The notes beneath the pieces were generated by a model, which did not search any database, had not been told where the DNA came from, and worked only from the letters and a program-made list of their open reading frames with translations. From Camelus ferus (lineage: Eukaryota), in assembly GCF_009834535.1 (NCBI RefSeq), contig NC_045706.1, forward strand, positions 372,001 to 436,000: 64,000 nt of DNA, written 5' to 3'. The position numbers were made by a program, and so were the translations under genes. Shown piece by piece: positions 48,176 to 59,449 of the stretch; within the stretch, counting starts at the first letter, position 1; each line of letters opens with the position of its first letter.

Positions 48176-49446
48176 TACCACAGCCGTGTTCCCCTGGCTA
48201 CAGTCTACGTGGCCGACAGGCCACCTGGGTTTTCCCCCACTTCTCTGCATGGGGGCCTTGGAGAGGTTTCCAGTCTATCGGGGCAGTGCTTCCACCCCCT
48301 CGGCCAGACATCTAGAGCTGCCGTGTCGCAGGGCCGCCGCCGCTTTAACCTGACGCCTCCAGAGAGCGCGGCCATTTGCAAGGCTTCCTTTGGCAGGTAG
48401 GGACACTGAGGCCAGGGGTGGACCCACACAGCACAGCTGTGGTGAGCTGCCACCAGGCCTAAGCTGTTCCACTGTCGGGGCCACTGACCCAGCCTGCCTG
48501 CCCCTGGGGTGGAGAGAGTCAGTGGATCATAACCCAGGGAGCTGCGGTGACTTCCGGGGGTGCAGGCAGTGTGGGTGCAGGGCAGAGACAGGGCTTGGTT
48601 CCACAGTCCGCCCTCTCTGGAGTGGGCTGGCAGAACCCACCAAGGGTTAAAGGCAGTCACCTTCTAGGGGCAGCAAGCTGCACCCTGAGCTGAGCGGACA
48701 GCTGCGGCACCCTCAGCCCCGCCAGGCACGGAGTGCAGGGAGGAGGCGCAGTCCCGAAGGACACCCCTTATCACCAGTCAACTCCGCGCCAAGCACGTCC
48801 TCCCGGCCAGCAAGGATACTTTCTGTCTCGTGGGCAAGGGAGGGCCAGGCCCAGTCAGTTTTGTGTTCTGGGGGCCACTCTTGGGGTCTTTGGTGCCCAG
48901 GGTTTGGCTGGACCCCGCAGGGGGCCCTGCCCCAGGTGACAGGGATCAGGACACAGTGCCCGGGCCCGTGTGGACTCCCAAACATTGGCAGGTGGGAAGG
49001 GTTCCCAGGGTGGGGGTCTGACTGGCGGCCCCGGAGTGGTGGTCAGGACTCCACGGGAGCCTGGCCCCTCATCCACCTCTCTGGCATCCAGCCTCTGTCT
49101 GCCCAGTGGGGACCATCTTCACTACCTGGGGAGGTGGCTGCACCCAGCCTGTCCTGTCTAGTCAGCTCCTAGAAAAGTCCACCAGGGTCCCCTGGGCAGC
49201 TGGGCATGGGCATTGCGGCCAGTGAGCAGGGTGGGGCTGCCCTGGGGCCTGAGATCCTGCTTTGGGGTTGGGGTCTGCTCAAAGCGCCGAGGGGCGGTGC
49301 GGCAGCTCGGACAGGGCAGTCACTTGAGGTGCACCTGTCGGGCAGCAAGCAGGCCTCGAGTCCACCGGCTGGGGCCCTCCTAGGGGAGGAAGCTCCTGGT
49401 GGAATCTGGCCCTGAGTTCACATCCGGATCTGCAGTGCAAGCCTCC

Positions 49447-49478
49447 GAGGGGGCTGAGGGGGCTGAGGGGGCTGAGGG
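49447..49478 (+). repeat. (GAGGGGGCT)x3 tandem repeat, G-quadruplex-capable
   Basis: Three exact 9-mers plus GAGGG. Confidence 0.9.
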
Positions 49479-50754
49479 ACTGCAACCCGAGGGTGTGGGC
49501 ACTCCAGGGGCTCTGGCCGGGGGGCTGGCTGGGAGGGAACCTCCACTGAGGGCCCAGCCCCTCAGCCTCCTCCTCCCTGTGACTAGCTCTACCCGGACAC
49601 AGACTCTGCCATGTCAGAGCCTGGCTCCCTGTGGCCTTCAGTCCAGCCCCCTCCCCATAGCCGACCTCCCACACAAGCCCCCAGGCTCAGCGGGCAGGGC
49701 CCCGGCTGCCCGCCCGCCAGGAGCTCTTTGGCCTCCAACACTGGGGAGGAAGCTGGAGGCAGAGAATTCAGGTGGTGGCACGAAGAACACATGGGAGACC
49801 CAGGGGAGGGGCCAGAAAGGCTCAGCTTGCACCCCTGCCTGTCATGGTCTCTCTGTGCCTTTCTGGATTTTAAAAGTGGATTTTAACTAGCAGGCATTGA
49901 TGTAATAATCAGGAAGAGATGGTTAAGAAGGCCAAGCAGAGAACCCAAAGGTCAGAGCCGTCTAGGATGTCCGCATCCATCCCATCTTGGGCTCCCTGTC
50001 TCTGTCCATCTGTTCCTTCCTGCCCGCCACCCACCACCCACTCGAGCGCCCCGGGGTCAAGCGCACAAGTTTGTTTCCCAAAAGCCGAGGGAGGCAGCAT
50101 TGATGGAGATGGAGGCTCAGGATGGGGCCCGGGTTGTGGGAAGCAGGACCCTGAGTGGTTCTTCAGAGACCAGAGGCCCGAGGAGACGGTCCTGGAGTTG
50201 CCACTGGAGTGGGGGGCCTCCCTCACCAGCCTGAGACTCAGCAGGTGGCCCCCCAGGGCCTCTGAGCTCTCCAGGGGCTCCTTCTCCACTGAGGGTCCCA
50301 CTCTGACCTTGCTCAGCTGACTTTGGGGTCTGACAGCCCCTTCAGGGGGCATCCAGCCCAGAGGTTGCTCCAGCCCCTCCTGCTTGTCCAGGAGAGCCCC
50401 GGGAAACTGCCCACCGGGGTCTTCATAGCCCTGCACCCGTCACTGGAGGACGAGCTCCTGGCGGGAGCAGGGGTCTTGGCCATGGTCCGCCCAACCCGGG
50501 GTCTGCAGCTTCTCAGTCATACCCTTGGCCCCAGTGGGCCCAGGCATGGTGGGGGTGTGTCAAGAGGACTGGGCCAGGCCAGCAGGGTCCCTGGTGTGTC
50601 CACGGGACGGGTGGTCTCTCTCATCTCGCTTCCCTCACACGTTCTCCTGTACACTCCCCAGTCTTTGTCCGTCCAGGAGCCCACCCCTCGGTGGGGGTTT
50701 GATACAACAGCCCCCAACCACACACAGGTGGGGTGAGAGCCCGAGGGGCTGCTG

Positions 50755-50830
50755 CACACACCACACACAGACACGCACAGAGACACCCAGACACCCAGAC
50801 ACACGCAGACACAGACACACACACGTGCAC
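50755..50830 (+). repeat. Degenerate (CA)n/(CAGA) simple repeat
   Basis: cacacaccacacacagacacgcacagagacacccagacacccagacacacgcagacacagacacacacacg. Confidence 0.85.
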
Positions 50831-51619
50831 CTCAGAGCCGGCTGCAGGGCAAAGGGAGGGAGGGCCAGTGGACTCTCTGGACTCCCCAGTCAAGAAGGGG
50901 GAGGTGCAGGCCACCCCTGGGGTGGAGGAGGGCAGAGGGCTGTGGGTGCTGCACGGGAGGGCCCCCTGGGACCCAGGGGGCAGGTGGGGGACCTGATGGT
51001 CGATCCATTTCAGACTCAGGCCACCACCTCTACCGTTCCCCACAGGTCAGGAATTTCTGTGAACAGAGTGGTGGGCACGTCCACATGGACCCAGATGTTT
51101 GCTATCCAGCGGGTACTGACTGGGCACCAGTTTCCACACATGGGCAGGGAGCTGAGCTGTCCTGCCTGGGGCCCCTGGGCCTGGGGCACCTGAGTGGGAG
51201 AGTGTCTGTGTGTGTCTCTCTGGGAAGCCCTGGGTCTTTGATCAGCGGTCCCCGCGGCTGTCTCCCCCGCCCGTCCTGCAGTCTTCCCAGCAGGGCCCTG
51301 GGAGCAGAGCTGAGCCCACATCAGGCAGTGTAGGCCCGGAAGGGCTCTCACACCAGATCCTCTGGACTCCTGGGCAGCCCTAGGCCCAGGCAGCCTCCCT
51401 GGGGCAGGGGTCCTGGGGCTCCGTGCCCGGGCCGCAGGCTGAAGGCCCTGCCATCCCCCAGCTGGGAGGCGGACGGGGAGGGGAGAGATGCAGCCCCTGA
51501 TGCTGCTTCTGCCCCCGCGTGTGCCTTCTGGGCCATGACGCAGCAGGAGCGCACTGGGAGATAAGCTTGGAGGAGGCTGTGGCCAGCGCTGGCTTGGTCC
51601 CAGGTCTCGGCCTGCAGCC

Positions 51620-51830
51620 CCCAGGCCCCGGGGGCCTTGCCGTCAGCCTGCCCCAGGGCTGAGGCCCAGCACCCTGCTCACAGCAGCTCTTTGTGCCCCA
51701 ATCTCGCAGGTGCGGGGGTGGCGGGGTCCTTGGCACAGCGTGGCCCTGGACCACATGTGACAGCCGCTGCTCTGTGCGCTGCCCGCCAAGGCCTCTGTGT
51801 GGCATAAATGCGGTGCACGGCCGGCTGCGG
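51620..51830 (+). promoter_or_regulatory. Putative MIR202 host-gene promoter
   Basis: TATA-like CATAAA 51803-51808; three NR5A-like CAAGG sites (51633-51640 rev, 51726-51733 rev, 51786-51793). Confidence 0.5.
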
Positions 51831-51834
51831 CAGA

Positions 51835-52795
51835 GCTCCGGGACCTGGACTCGGACTCTCCTCTGCGCTCCCAGGCTCCACTCGCCCTGCCGGCCCCTGA
51901 GAACCCGGACCCCGAGGCTGACCAGGTAAGGCAGAGGCCAGGCGCCCTCCCTGCCTCTTCCTCAGGCCGGCTCGGCCCGCCCTGCTCACACCCACAGGCC
52001 TCTGTTCCCACAGCCTGTCCCCACGGACCCCGCGGACCCCGCACGGACCCTCCCGGGACCTGCAGCACGCTGCTCGCTGTTCCTTTTTCCTATGCATATA
52101 CTTCTTTGAGGGTCGGGCCTAAAGAGGTGTAGGGCATGGGAAAACGGGGCGGCGAGGTCCTCCCGCCCGCAGAGCCTGCTCCGGCCGCCAACCTGTGTCT
52201 GGACCTGCCTCCACGTCCCTCACGTAGGATCAGGGACCCCGAGGCAAGGGGGTCCTGGCCCTCCTCCTCTGGCCAGGGTTGGGGCAGTGGGTAACCTTTG
52301 CTTCTGTGTGTGCCCTGGAGCAGTGGACGGCGTGGTCCAGCCCCACCCACCAGCTGGTCTGCGCCCCCACATGGTGGGGGGTGCTGTGCAGATCCCAGCT
52401 CTGTGGTGACTCTCGCTGGGGCAGCCCTGAAGAGTTACAGAAGGTGCCGGAACAGGAGCTGGGACAGTCCCCTGGGGCCACCGTGGAGCAGGGGTGGGGT
52501 GGGGGTGGGTCTGAGTCTAGATGTGGAGCCATGAGGGTCTGATGTGCCGAAAAGCTGGGGGAGGAGCGACTGTCAGGGGTTGGGGGGAAGCTGCTTCTGA
52601 CAGCGTCACTGCACTTGTGATGATGAGTCTGAGTGGATTTTCTGATCAGAAATACCAATAAAGCTGATTCCGTGTGAACCGCAGCGGGAAACCTTACAGC
52701 TGGCGCCTCCACCACGTGTGCTGCTGCTCGTCTGGGCTGCTTGGGGGTCACACCGGTGGTCTTGAGGGAACTTAATAAAAAACACGTACACATGA
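51835..52795 (+). ncRNA. MIR202HG: Probable MIR202 host lncRNA (ends approximate)
   Basis: Strong donor CAG|GTAAGG at 51925/51926, about 150 nt upstream of the hairpin; AATAAA at 52657-52662 and 52774-52779; no credible ORF. Confidence 0.5.
52071..52156 (+). ncRNA. MIR202: pre-miR-202 hairpin
   Basis: 5p TTCCTATGCATATACTTCTTTG at 52087-52108 is the conserved miR-202-5p; 3p AGAGGTGTAGGGCATGGGAA at 52123-52142; the arms pair. Confidence 0.97.
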
Positions 52796-55220
52796 GGGAA
52801 TGAAATGACACAACAGCTGGGGGGCCGGTGGGGGGCTTTCTGATGACCTTTCTGATGACCAGGGTCAGGGGGCCAGGACACGCCCAGGGCATGACAGTGC
52901 CCGACACAGCCCGCCCAGCAGCACTGCCTGGGGCCTGGCCTGCTGCTCTGGGTGGGAGCACCTTGGCCCGGAGCCTGTGGGTCCTAACTCCCTGCTGTAG
53001 GAAAAGGGCCAGAGGGAGCCCTGGGAGCCGGGAGCTTGAACAGCAGTTGTCAGGCTCTTCGCCCAGCAAGCGGAGCTTCGACAGGTCCTTTTAGCAGCGG
53101 CAGCCCCAGGCCCGGCTGCGCCTCCTCCAGAGAGCCACAGCTCCTGCGGAAGGTGGCGGAAGGGGGTTGGGCCTGCAGCAGGCAGGGTGGGCAGCCCCCG
53201 AGGCCCTCCCTGCTCAGGCAGCCGCCCACGCCTGCAGTGCCAGAAGGGCGCTGGGGGCTGGCTCTGCTGGTGAGGCTCCCCATGGGACCCCGGAAAGGAC
53301 TGACAAGCAGCAGCTATCACAATACCCTCAGTGTACGAGCAACAGCAGCACTGATCCAGACACTTGTGTTCCCTGTGATGGGGAGACAGGTGGGTTGCAG
53401 GCACGGCTGGATCCAGGGAGCCAATGGATCTGCCTTGCTCTGTACCATTATCCTTCTGTCGGCAGCTGCAGGGCATGGCTCCTGGGCCCAGAGAGGGAAA
53501 CCCCTCAGGGTCACTGCCACCTGGTTGGGGCGTGTCCTCCCTGGGTTCTGGACGTGTCCTCCCTTGTGGGCAGCTCCCAGGCAGGGAGATAGGCCTGGGA
53601 GGTTGGGCAGAGAAGTCCTGTGCGTCCTGTGGCAGCTCTGGCTCAGCTGAGGGGCAGGAAGAGGCAGCCCGGCGCGAGGACTGGGGCTGGGAGGCCCTTG
53701 GAAATGCCAGGTGACACCCCTACAGGCCATCGGTCCTGGGGGGGGGGACCTTTGACCCATTGATGGTGGGGTGGGATCCCAGGGGCTCCAGGTGAACAAG
53801 CCTGTCCCACAAGCCTCACCGTGGCCTCCCTGGGGAGGGGTCTCCCTCCACCTGCCCCTTGCCACTTTCAGTAACTGCCAGACTGGGAGTGGGGGTCTTA
53901 ATGGCCTGGGAGACGGATGAGGCCCAGCCTTCCAGCTTCGGAGGCTTGGGTGGCGGGGCACCTGCGTGCAGCCCCAGCCTCGTGTGCCCTCGTCCTCCCA
54001 GTCCTGGCTCCTGGTTGTGGTCCTGGGGGCGGCAGGCCCTTTGCCACCGGGTGCTGCTGAGCTGGGCTGAGGGTGGAGTGTCACATTTTTATAATCTTGG
54101 GTTGGGGTTGTGGGGCTGGGTCTTTCCCACACCCCTAAGAGAGGCTTGGGGGGGCTGCATCTCTTCAGCAAGTCCACAATTCCCACTCTGCTTGTGGGGC
54201 TGGTGGGGGCGGCCTGGCTGAGAGGGTGGGTCCCTGACCCACACCTTGGGGCTCACAGCCAGGGTGCCAAGGACTGGGTGGCTCACATGCTTGGCCCTGG
54301 GGAGGGGCGGGGCCCGCGTCCCAGCCGTCCCATGCAGCCACTTCGTCTAATGATTTCAGACAGAAAGGTGGGAAGTCCAGCAGGCACCCCGTAAGCCCCC
54401 GGCTGGTTCAGCCGCCTGCATTCTGCGGCGCGTGCTGCACTGTGCTGATCTTGGGCCTTCTGAATGTTTCAGGCACGAGGCCCAGCAGACCGTGGGTCCT
54501 GTTCCCACACAAAGGGAGGCGAGCACCCCAGTGGCACCAGGCAGAACCCTTGGACCTCACCCCCCTGACTGCCCCTCCAAGCCTGCCCACCCCAGGCTTT
54601 GCAGCTATTTTCCCATCAGGTTCCTCTTCAAGGTCCACCAGGGCAGGCCCCAGCCGGCGTCCACGCTAAGTGCCTAGTTCCTGTAAACTGGGATTTAGGC
54701 TTTTGGCAAGATTTTCATAGGTGATTCTGTTCCGCCCTGGCCGTGCTATGAGGTGAAGCTGGCTCTAACGCAACAGTCAGGCTCAGGGGACCCCCATGCC
54801 CCGAGCCTGTCTGGGCAGCAGGAGGGAAGGATGCCCTGGGCTGAGTTTCCCAGAAGTGGGCAGAGGCTGCAGACAAGGGATGCCCAAAGTCCCTGGGGGG
54901 CTGGTTCCCGGGAGTGAGGGTGACCGCACACTCAGAGAATCCCCCTGAACCCCTGGGCAATTTGGAAGTAACGAGACAATCAGACATTTGCTTAAGTTTT
55001 TAGGGGCAGAGAAAATCCAGTTTTGTTTTAAGGTTACAATACATGAAGCCACACAAACCTGAACAGTATGTGTTTAAGCAAATCCTGAGCTCACAAGAAA
55101 TCCTGAATAAATGGCTCAACATGACTGTAGAAGCCCCATCTCTCTCACATAACCCACAGTAGTGATAGGTCAACAACCCCAACACGACGTGCTGGGAACG
55201 TGGCCAAAATTCAAAAGCTT

Positions 55221-55363
55221 TGAGGTGGTGGTGGGGAGAGGTATAGCTCAGTGGTAGGGTGCATGCTTACCATGCATAAGGTCATGGGTTCAATCCCCAG
55301 CACCTCTGTTAAGTAAAAAAAAAACCAGTAAATCTAGTTACTTCCTTCCCCTCCCCTCCCCCC
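55221..55363 (+). mobile_element. tRNA-Ala-derived SINE (Vic-1 type, camelid)
   Basis: GGGGAGAGGTATAGCTCAGTGGTAG head from 55233, A-box 55244-55254, B-box GGTTCAATCCC 55287-55297, A-rich then C-rich tail. Exact 14-bp TSD AAATTCAAAAGCTT at 55207-55220 and 55364-55377. Confidence 0.9.
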
Positions 55364-56258
55364 AAATTCAAAAGCTTCAAACCAGCCCCCGCCCTGCCTC
55401 TGGCTCTGTTCTCAGACACCCAGACTCTGCTCCTGGGATGGAGAATTTCTGCTTAGAACCCTCCCTCCACAGTGGGCGGGAGGGAGCCTTCAGGGTGCCC
55501 CTCCTTCCTGGCAGGCCTCAGGGCACACACCCTCCCTAGCTGTGCCCCAAGTTTTCCTGTCACAGCCCCTTCCCCGACCACCTGCCTCCGTCCTCAACCC
55601 ACCTGCTCTTCCCTGCAAAGCGTGCTTCCTATCTGCACACCTGGGTTCTCTGAACTGGTCCTCCAGCACCCCCCACCCTGCTTGCCAGTCACCCACGTGG
55701 CACAGACGCCCTTGGGATGCCGTGGACGAGGGTGGGCATCTGAACTCGGTGCACACCATCAGAACCCTCCAACAGGTTTGCGCTGGTGGGCTTTCTCCTT
55801 CCGGTGATGACGGCACTGCCTCGGGGAGCCTCAGGGGTCCACTCTCCTGCTCCTGGGCATTTGTGGACTTGATGCCGGAGGCCTCCTGCTCTCTGCTGGG
55901 ACTGCTGCACCGAGGCAGGCACAGAAGCTCTGCCCTGCAGGTGAGGACAGCTCAGGGTGTGAGGGGGGGTCCCGGCTCCCAGAGCCTTTCTTCACCAAGG
56001 GAGGGGGCAAGACAGCATGGACAGGATGCAGTCCCTGGCTCGCATGTGCTCCGGAGGCACGGGGAGGTGACCGTCACCACCGGGGTCTAGTTTCTCAGAG
56101 GCAAACCGATCATCTCTGTCCCTTTCTGGTTTCTAGCTTTGAGGTCATTGTTAACACGGAACTCAAACCCCAAATGCCTTCACTGCTCCCCCCAGTCCTG
56201 TCAGGTTTCATTTTCATACACAAAGCCTATAAGCATATAGCGTAAGACAGACTCCACC

Positions 56259-56264
56259 TTTATT
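56259..56264 (-). terminator. Candidate VENTX poly(A) signal
   Basis: AATAAA on minus, about 355 nt after the stop; lies in an L1-like T-rich patch. Confidence 0.45.
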
Positions 56265-56618
56265 TTTTCCAACTGGAAAGCCAGTTTTCCAGCCCCTTAA
56301 GCTGAGTAAGTTACCCTTTGTTGTGTGGGAGCCCAACGCAGCACAGCGCGCTTGGCTTCCGACTGTTCGCTGACCCACCACTTTCCACGCCAACCCTTCA
56401 GCACTTTTCAGAGGGGAATAGGCTTCAAAATGTCTTCAGCTATAAATCCCCAGTCTTAGGTGGGGCCAGTTCCAGGCCCCACCGCTGGGGCCCACGCCAG
56501 GACATCACAGTGGTGTAAATACAGACCGGGCTGTCTCTCCAGGCAGATGCCAGGTACCGCTGCGCATACCCAGCACGTCTGATACACCGCAGCCCTAGGC
56601 GTCAGCTACCTCCCTTCC

Positions 56619-58665
56619 TCAAAAGGCATCCCCAGTCGCCGGTGGGGCGCACAGGCCCCAGGCTCCCCTGGACAAAGCTGGGCTCAGTGTGTGCACCCAG
56701 CCCCCAGTGTCCGGGAGGCAGCACACCTGGAGGCAGCACACCGGAGGCTGCCTGCTGCATGAGGCCCACGCTGAAGCCAGGGAGGCTGGTTTCACTCCGC
56801 GGGGACCCCAGAAAGAGCCCAGAGGCTGGACCAGAGCTGGGGGCCCAGGCAGGGAGGCCCAAGGGCAAAGCAGCTGCAGGCGGCTGCGCAGGGCGGGGGG
56901 CGGGTGGAGGGGTGCGGAGAAGGGCGGACTCAGCTGGGAGTCCTGCAGCTGGCGCTTGTGCTTCATTCGGCGGTTCTGAAACCAGGTCTTTACCTGTGGG
57001 GAGAGTGAGATCAGAGAGGGGGCGGCCACAGGCCACCACCCTGCCTGCCGGCCACCTCACCTGCACTTCGGAGAGCTGCATCTCCTGGGCCAGCCGCCGG
57101 CGCTCCAGGGGCCCCAGGTAGCGGCGGTGCTGGAAGGAGCTCTCCAGGGCGCTGACCTGCTCCGCCGTGAAGGCCGTGCGCATGCGGGGAGCCCGCGTGC
57201 CGTCTGCCTCCTTGCTCGGCCCTGAGGGGGACGGAAGGGCACCCAATCCATTTGGCTGGAAGTGCTGCCCGGTGGGAGAAGGGGGGATAGGCTTCGTGCC
57301 TGTGGATGGCGGCTGGGACCTCGGGAAGAGCAGCCCCCCCGCCCCCGCCTCTCTCCGGAGAACAGCCCATCCTGCTCTGCCGTCCTGCTGGGTCAAGGAG
57401 AGCCACTCCCCCTCCAGCTCTAGTGTGGAATGAGGCCCAGAAACGTGGACGTTGGCAAGAAGACAACAGAGCGGACAGCAATTCTGACGTCGGCCCCTCA
57501 CCCTCTGCCTGGGGTGCACAGTCCCTTCCAGAAAGCAGTGTGTTTTGCCTGCAGACAAGGAACTTCCACTCACTGGGTGGGGTGGGTGGCCATGGGGGCT
57601 GGTGAAGCCCACCCCAGGCAGAGGCCCGAAATCCTCGGAAAGCCTTCTCACGAGCTCTGCCTCGGGTGTACCCATCCCTGAGACCCAGGCTCTGTCACCA
57701 CCAGCCGTGTGTCTCAGGCAGGCCTGTTCTCTTAATAGCTGTCAGGACATGTGGGGAGCACTAGCGCCCCCCAGGAGGTGACGAAGTCCCCATGGTCATC
57801 ATTTAAACTTTTTCTTAAAATAAAAACTTACAGACAATATCAACCCCACTTTTGGCTACTTGAAACCTAAAAACAGCCATTAACTCACAAGGACTAAAAG
57901 ACAGACGAAGAACGTCTTAGCCAATGACAAAGGGTTCCATCAAGTTTGGAAACCACGGGAAAGCAAGTGGCATCCGGGTCGTAGCTGCCCCTAAGCAAAC
58001 CTGCAGGCCTCCCAGCAGCTGGTGAACAGGCCGAAGTCTAGACGGCAAAGGAAGGCGCCAGCTTCGCAGGAGGGGCCAGAGACCCCTCTGAATGAGCTGG
58101 TGAGACGCACTTCCCCACGGCCCTCTTGCAGAGGTGCGCCCCAAGGACTCATCTCAGAGCCTGAGTCACAGGCACCAAGTGCTAGTGTAGGCGCAGTGGC
58201 TCACTGCGCCGGTGGGCCGGCCCCAGGAGGCCCGGGGGCTGAGCAAGGAAGGCCCTCCGTTGTAGCCTTTGCTTCCCAGGGGAAGCGTTCACTTGCAGGA
58301 GGTGTCAGACTCCACCCTAAGCCTCAGCCTTGGTAAGAATGTCCCTCCGATGACCAGGGTACACGGATGTGGCCGGGGTGTGACCCTCTTCCTGACCCCC
58401 CTCCCGGACTCCCATCCCCACACCTACCAGCTGCAGGCGTCCCCGGTGCAGACACTTCTGAGAGCTTCGCCTCCTCCATGTCTGCAGTCTGGTGGGGCTC
58501 CCCTCTGTAGTACACCTGGGCTGAGGCAGACAGGCTCCCCCAGGAGACTTCGGCAGGCCTGGAGGTGTGCGCCAGCCCTGTGTGGCTGCTCTGGGAGAGC
58601 CAGTCCACTGAGCCAAAGCTGGAGGTCCGCTTGCAGCCACCAGGTAGGGCGGAGGAGGGAGGCAT
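56619..58665 (-). CDS. VENTX: VENT homeobox protein, 3 exons, 257 aa
   Basis: Exons 58665-58428, 57221-57061, 56993-56619; total 774 nt, GT-AG. N-terminal SSFGSVDWLSQSS; homeodomain RMRTAFTAEQVSALESSFQHRRYLGPLERRRLAQEMQLSEVQ/VKTWFQNRRMKHKRQ (T47, Q50); ends TGDAF* as in human VENTX. Confidence 0.96.
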
Positions 58666-58814
58666 GGCTGGGTAGTGCCTCTGGACAGATGGTGGGGGCC
58701 TGGCCGGAATCCTCTGCAAGACAGATGATGGGGGCTGGGAACAGGGTCCGCAGTCTGTCAGGTGGGGCAGGGCCAGGCTGAGCATAGGGTCTGCCTCAGG
58801 TTTGGCAGGGCTGG

Positions 58815-58935
58815 GCTGCACTTATAAGCTCAGGAGGAGGTGGGTGGGTGGAGGCGGGTTTCCGTAGATGGCCCAAATTTCTACCCCGCTAGATAAGTAG
58901 CACCTAATTGCCTTCAATTCAGAAGCACAAAGGAG
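58815..58935 (-). promoter_or_regulatory. VENTX proximal promoter
   Basis: TTATAA at 58822-58827, about 157 nt upstream of the ATG; nearby GATA (agataag), TAAT and SOX-like ACAAAG words. Confidence 0.55.
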
Positions 58936-59449
58936 GCCATTCACACCTCCCCGGCTCCAAGATGTCTGAGGGAAGGGCGGGGCTGTGGTCCACAGTTGGG
59001 GGAGAGGTGGTAACCCGCGACTTGCTACATCCCTTCATCTCCCCCACCCCCACCCGCTGGCCTGCGCTGTGGGAAGGTTAGGATGGCCCCCTCCCACCCA
59101 GCACCCCAGCTGGGGGGCTTGTCCTGTGGGGTGCCGAGCTATCTCCTCTCTCCAGGTTGGCTCGCCACCTTGTCCCTGTGGGTCTGCAGTGACGGATGTG
59201 CACACCTGAGGGAGCTGGAGGTCCCCATGGCCACTCCCAGGACAGCGTGGACTTGGCCAGTGCCCTGTCTGCTGCAACCCGGTGGCCCCGCTGCGTAGGA
59301 ATGTAGGGCTGGCAACAAGCCAGACAGGGTGGGAGGGGCTGGTCAGAGAGGGTCCCTCCGGCTCCGTGGGCCCTTCTCCCTCGCCGCCCCCAGTCTCTCT
59401 GCTGGGTTTCACTCTGGTGCCACAGGAGCTGCAGGGGGTGTCCTGAGGA

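Noticed and set aside
52617-52860. C/D-box snoRNA-like words (ATGATGA..CTGA; TTTCTGATGACC twice)
   Set aside because: Boxes are too close together and there is no terminal stem; the second is just a 12-bp duplication.
55233-55306. tRNA-like sequence (also 60410-60473 on minus)
   Set aside because: SINE tail and TSDs, poor acceptor stem and altered or deleted anticodon arm: a SINE, not a tRNA gene.
56602-57675. 357-aa ORF as the VENTX protein
   Set aside because: It is exon 2 read through the flanking introns; the real homeodomain needs splicing at 57061/56993.
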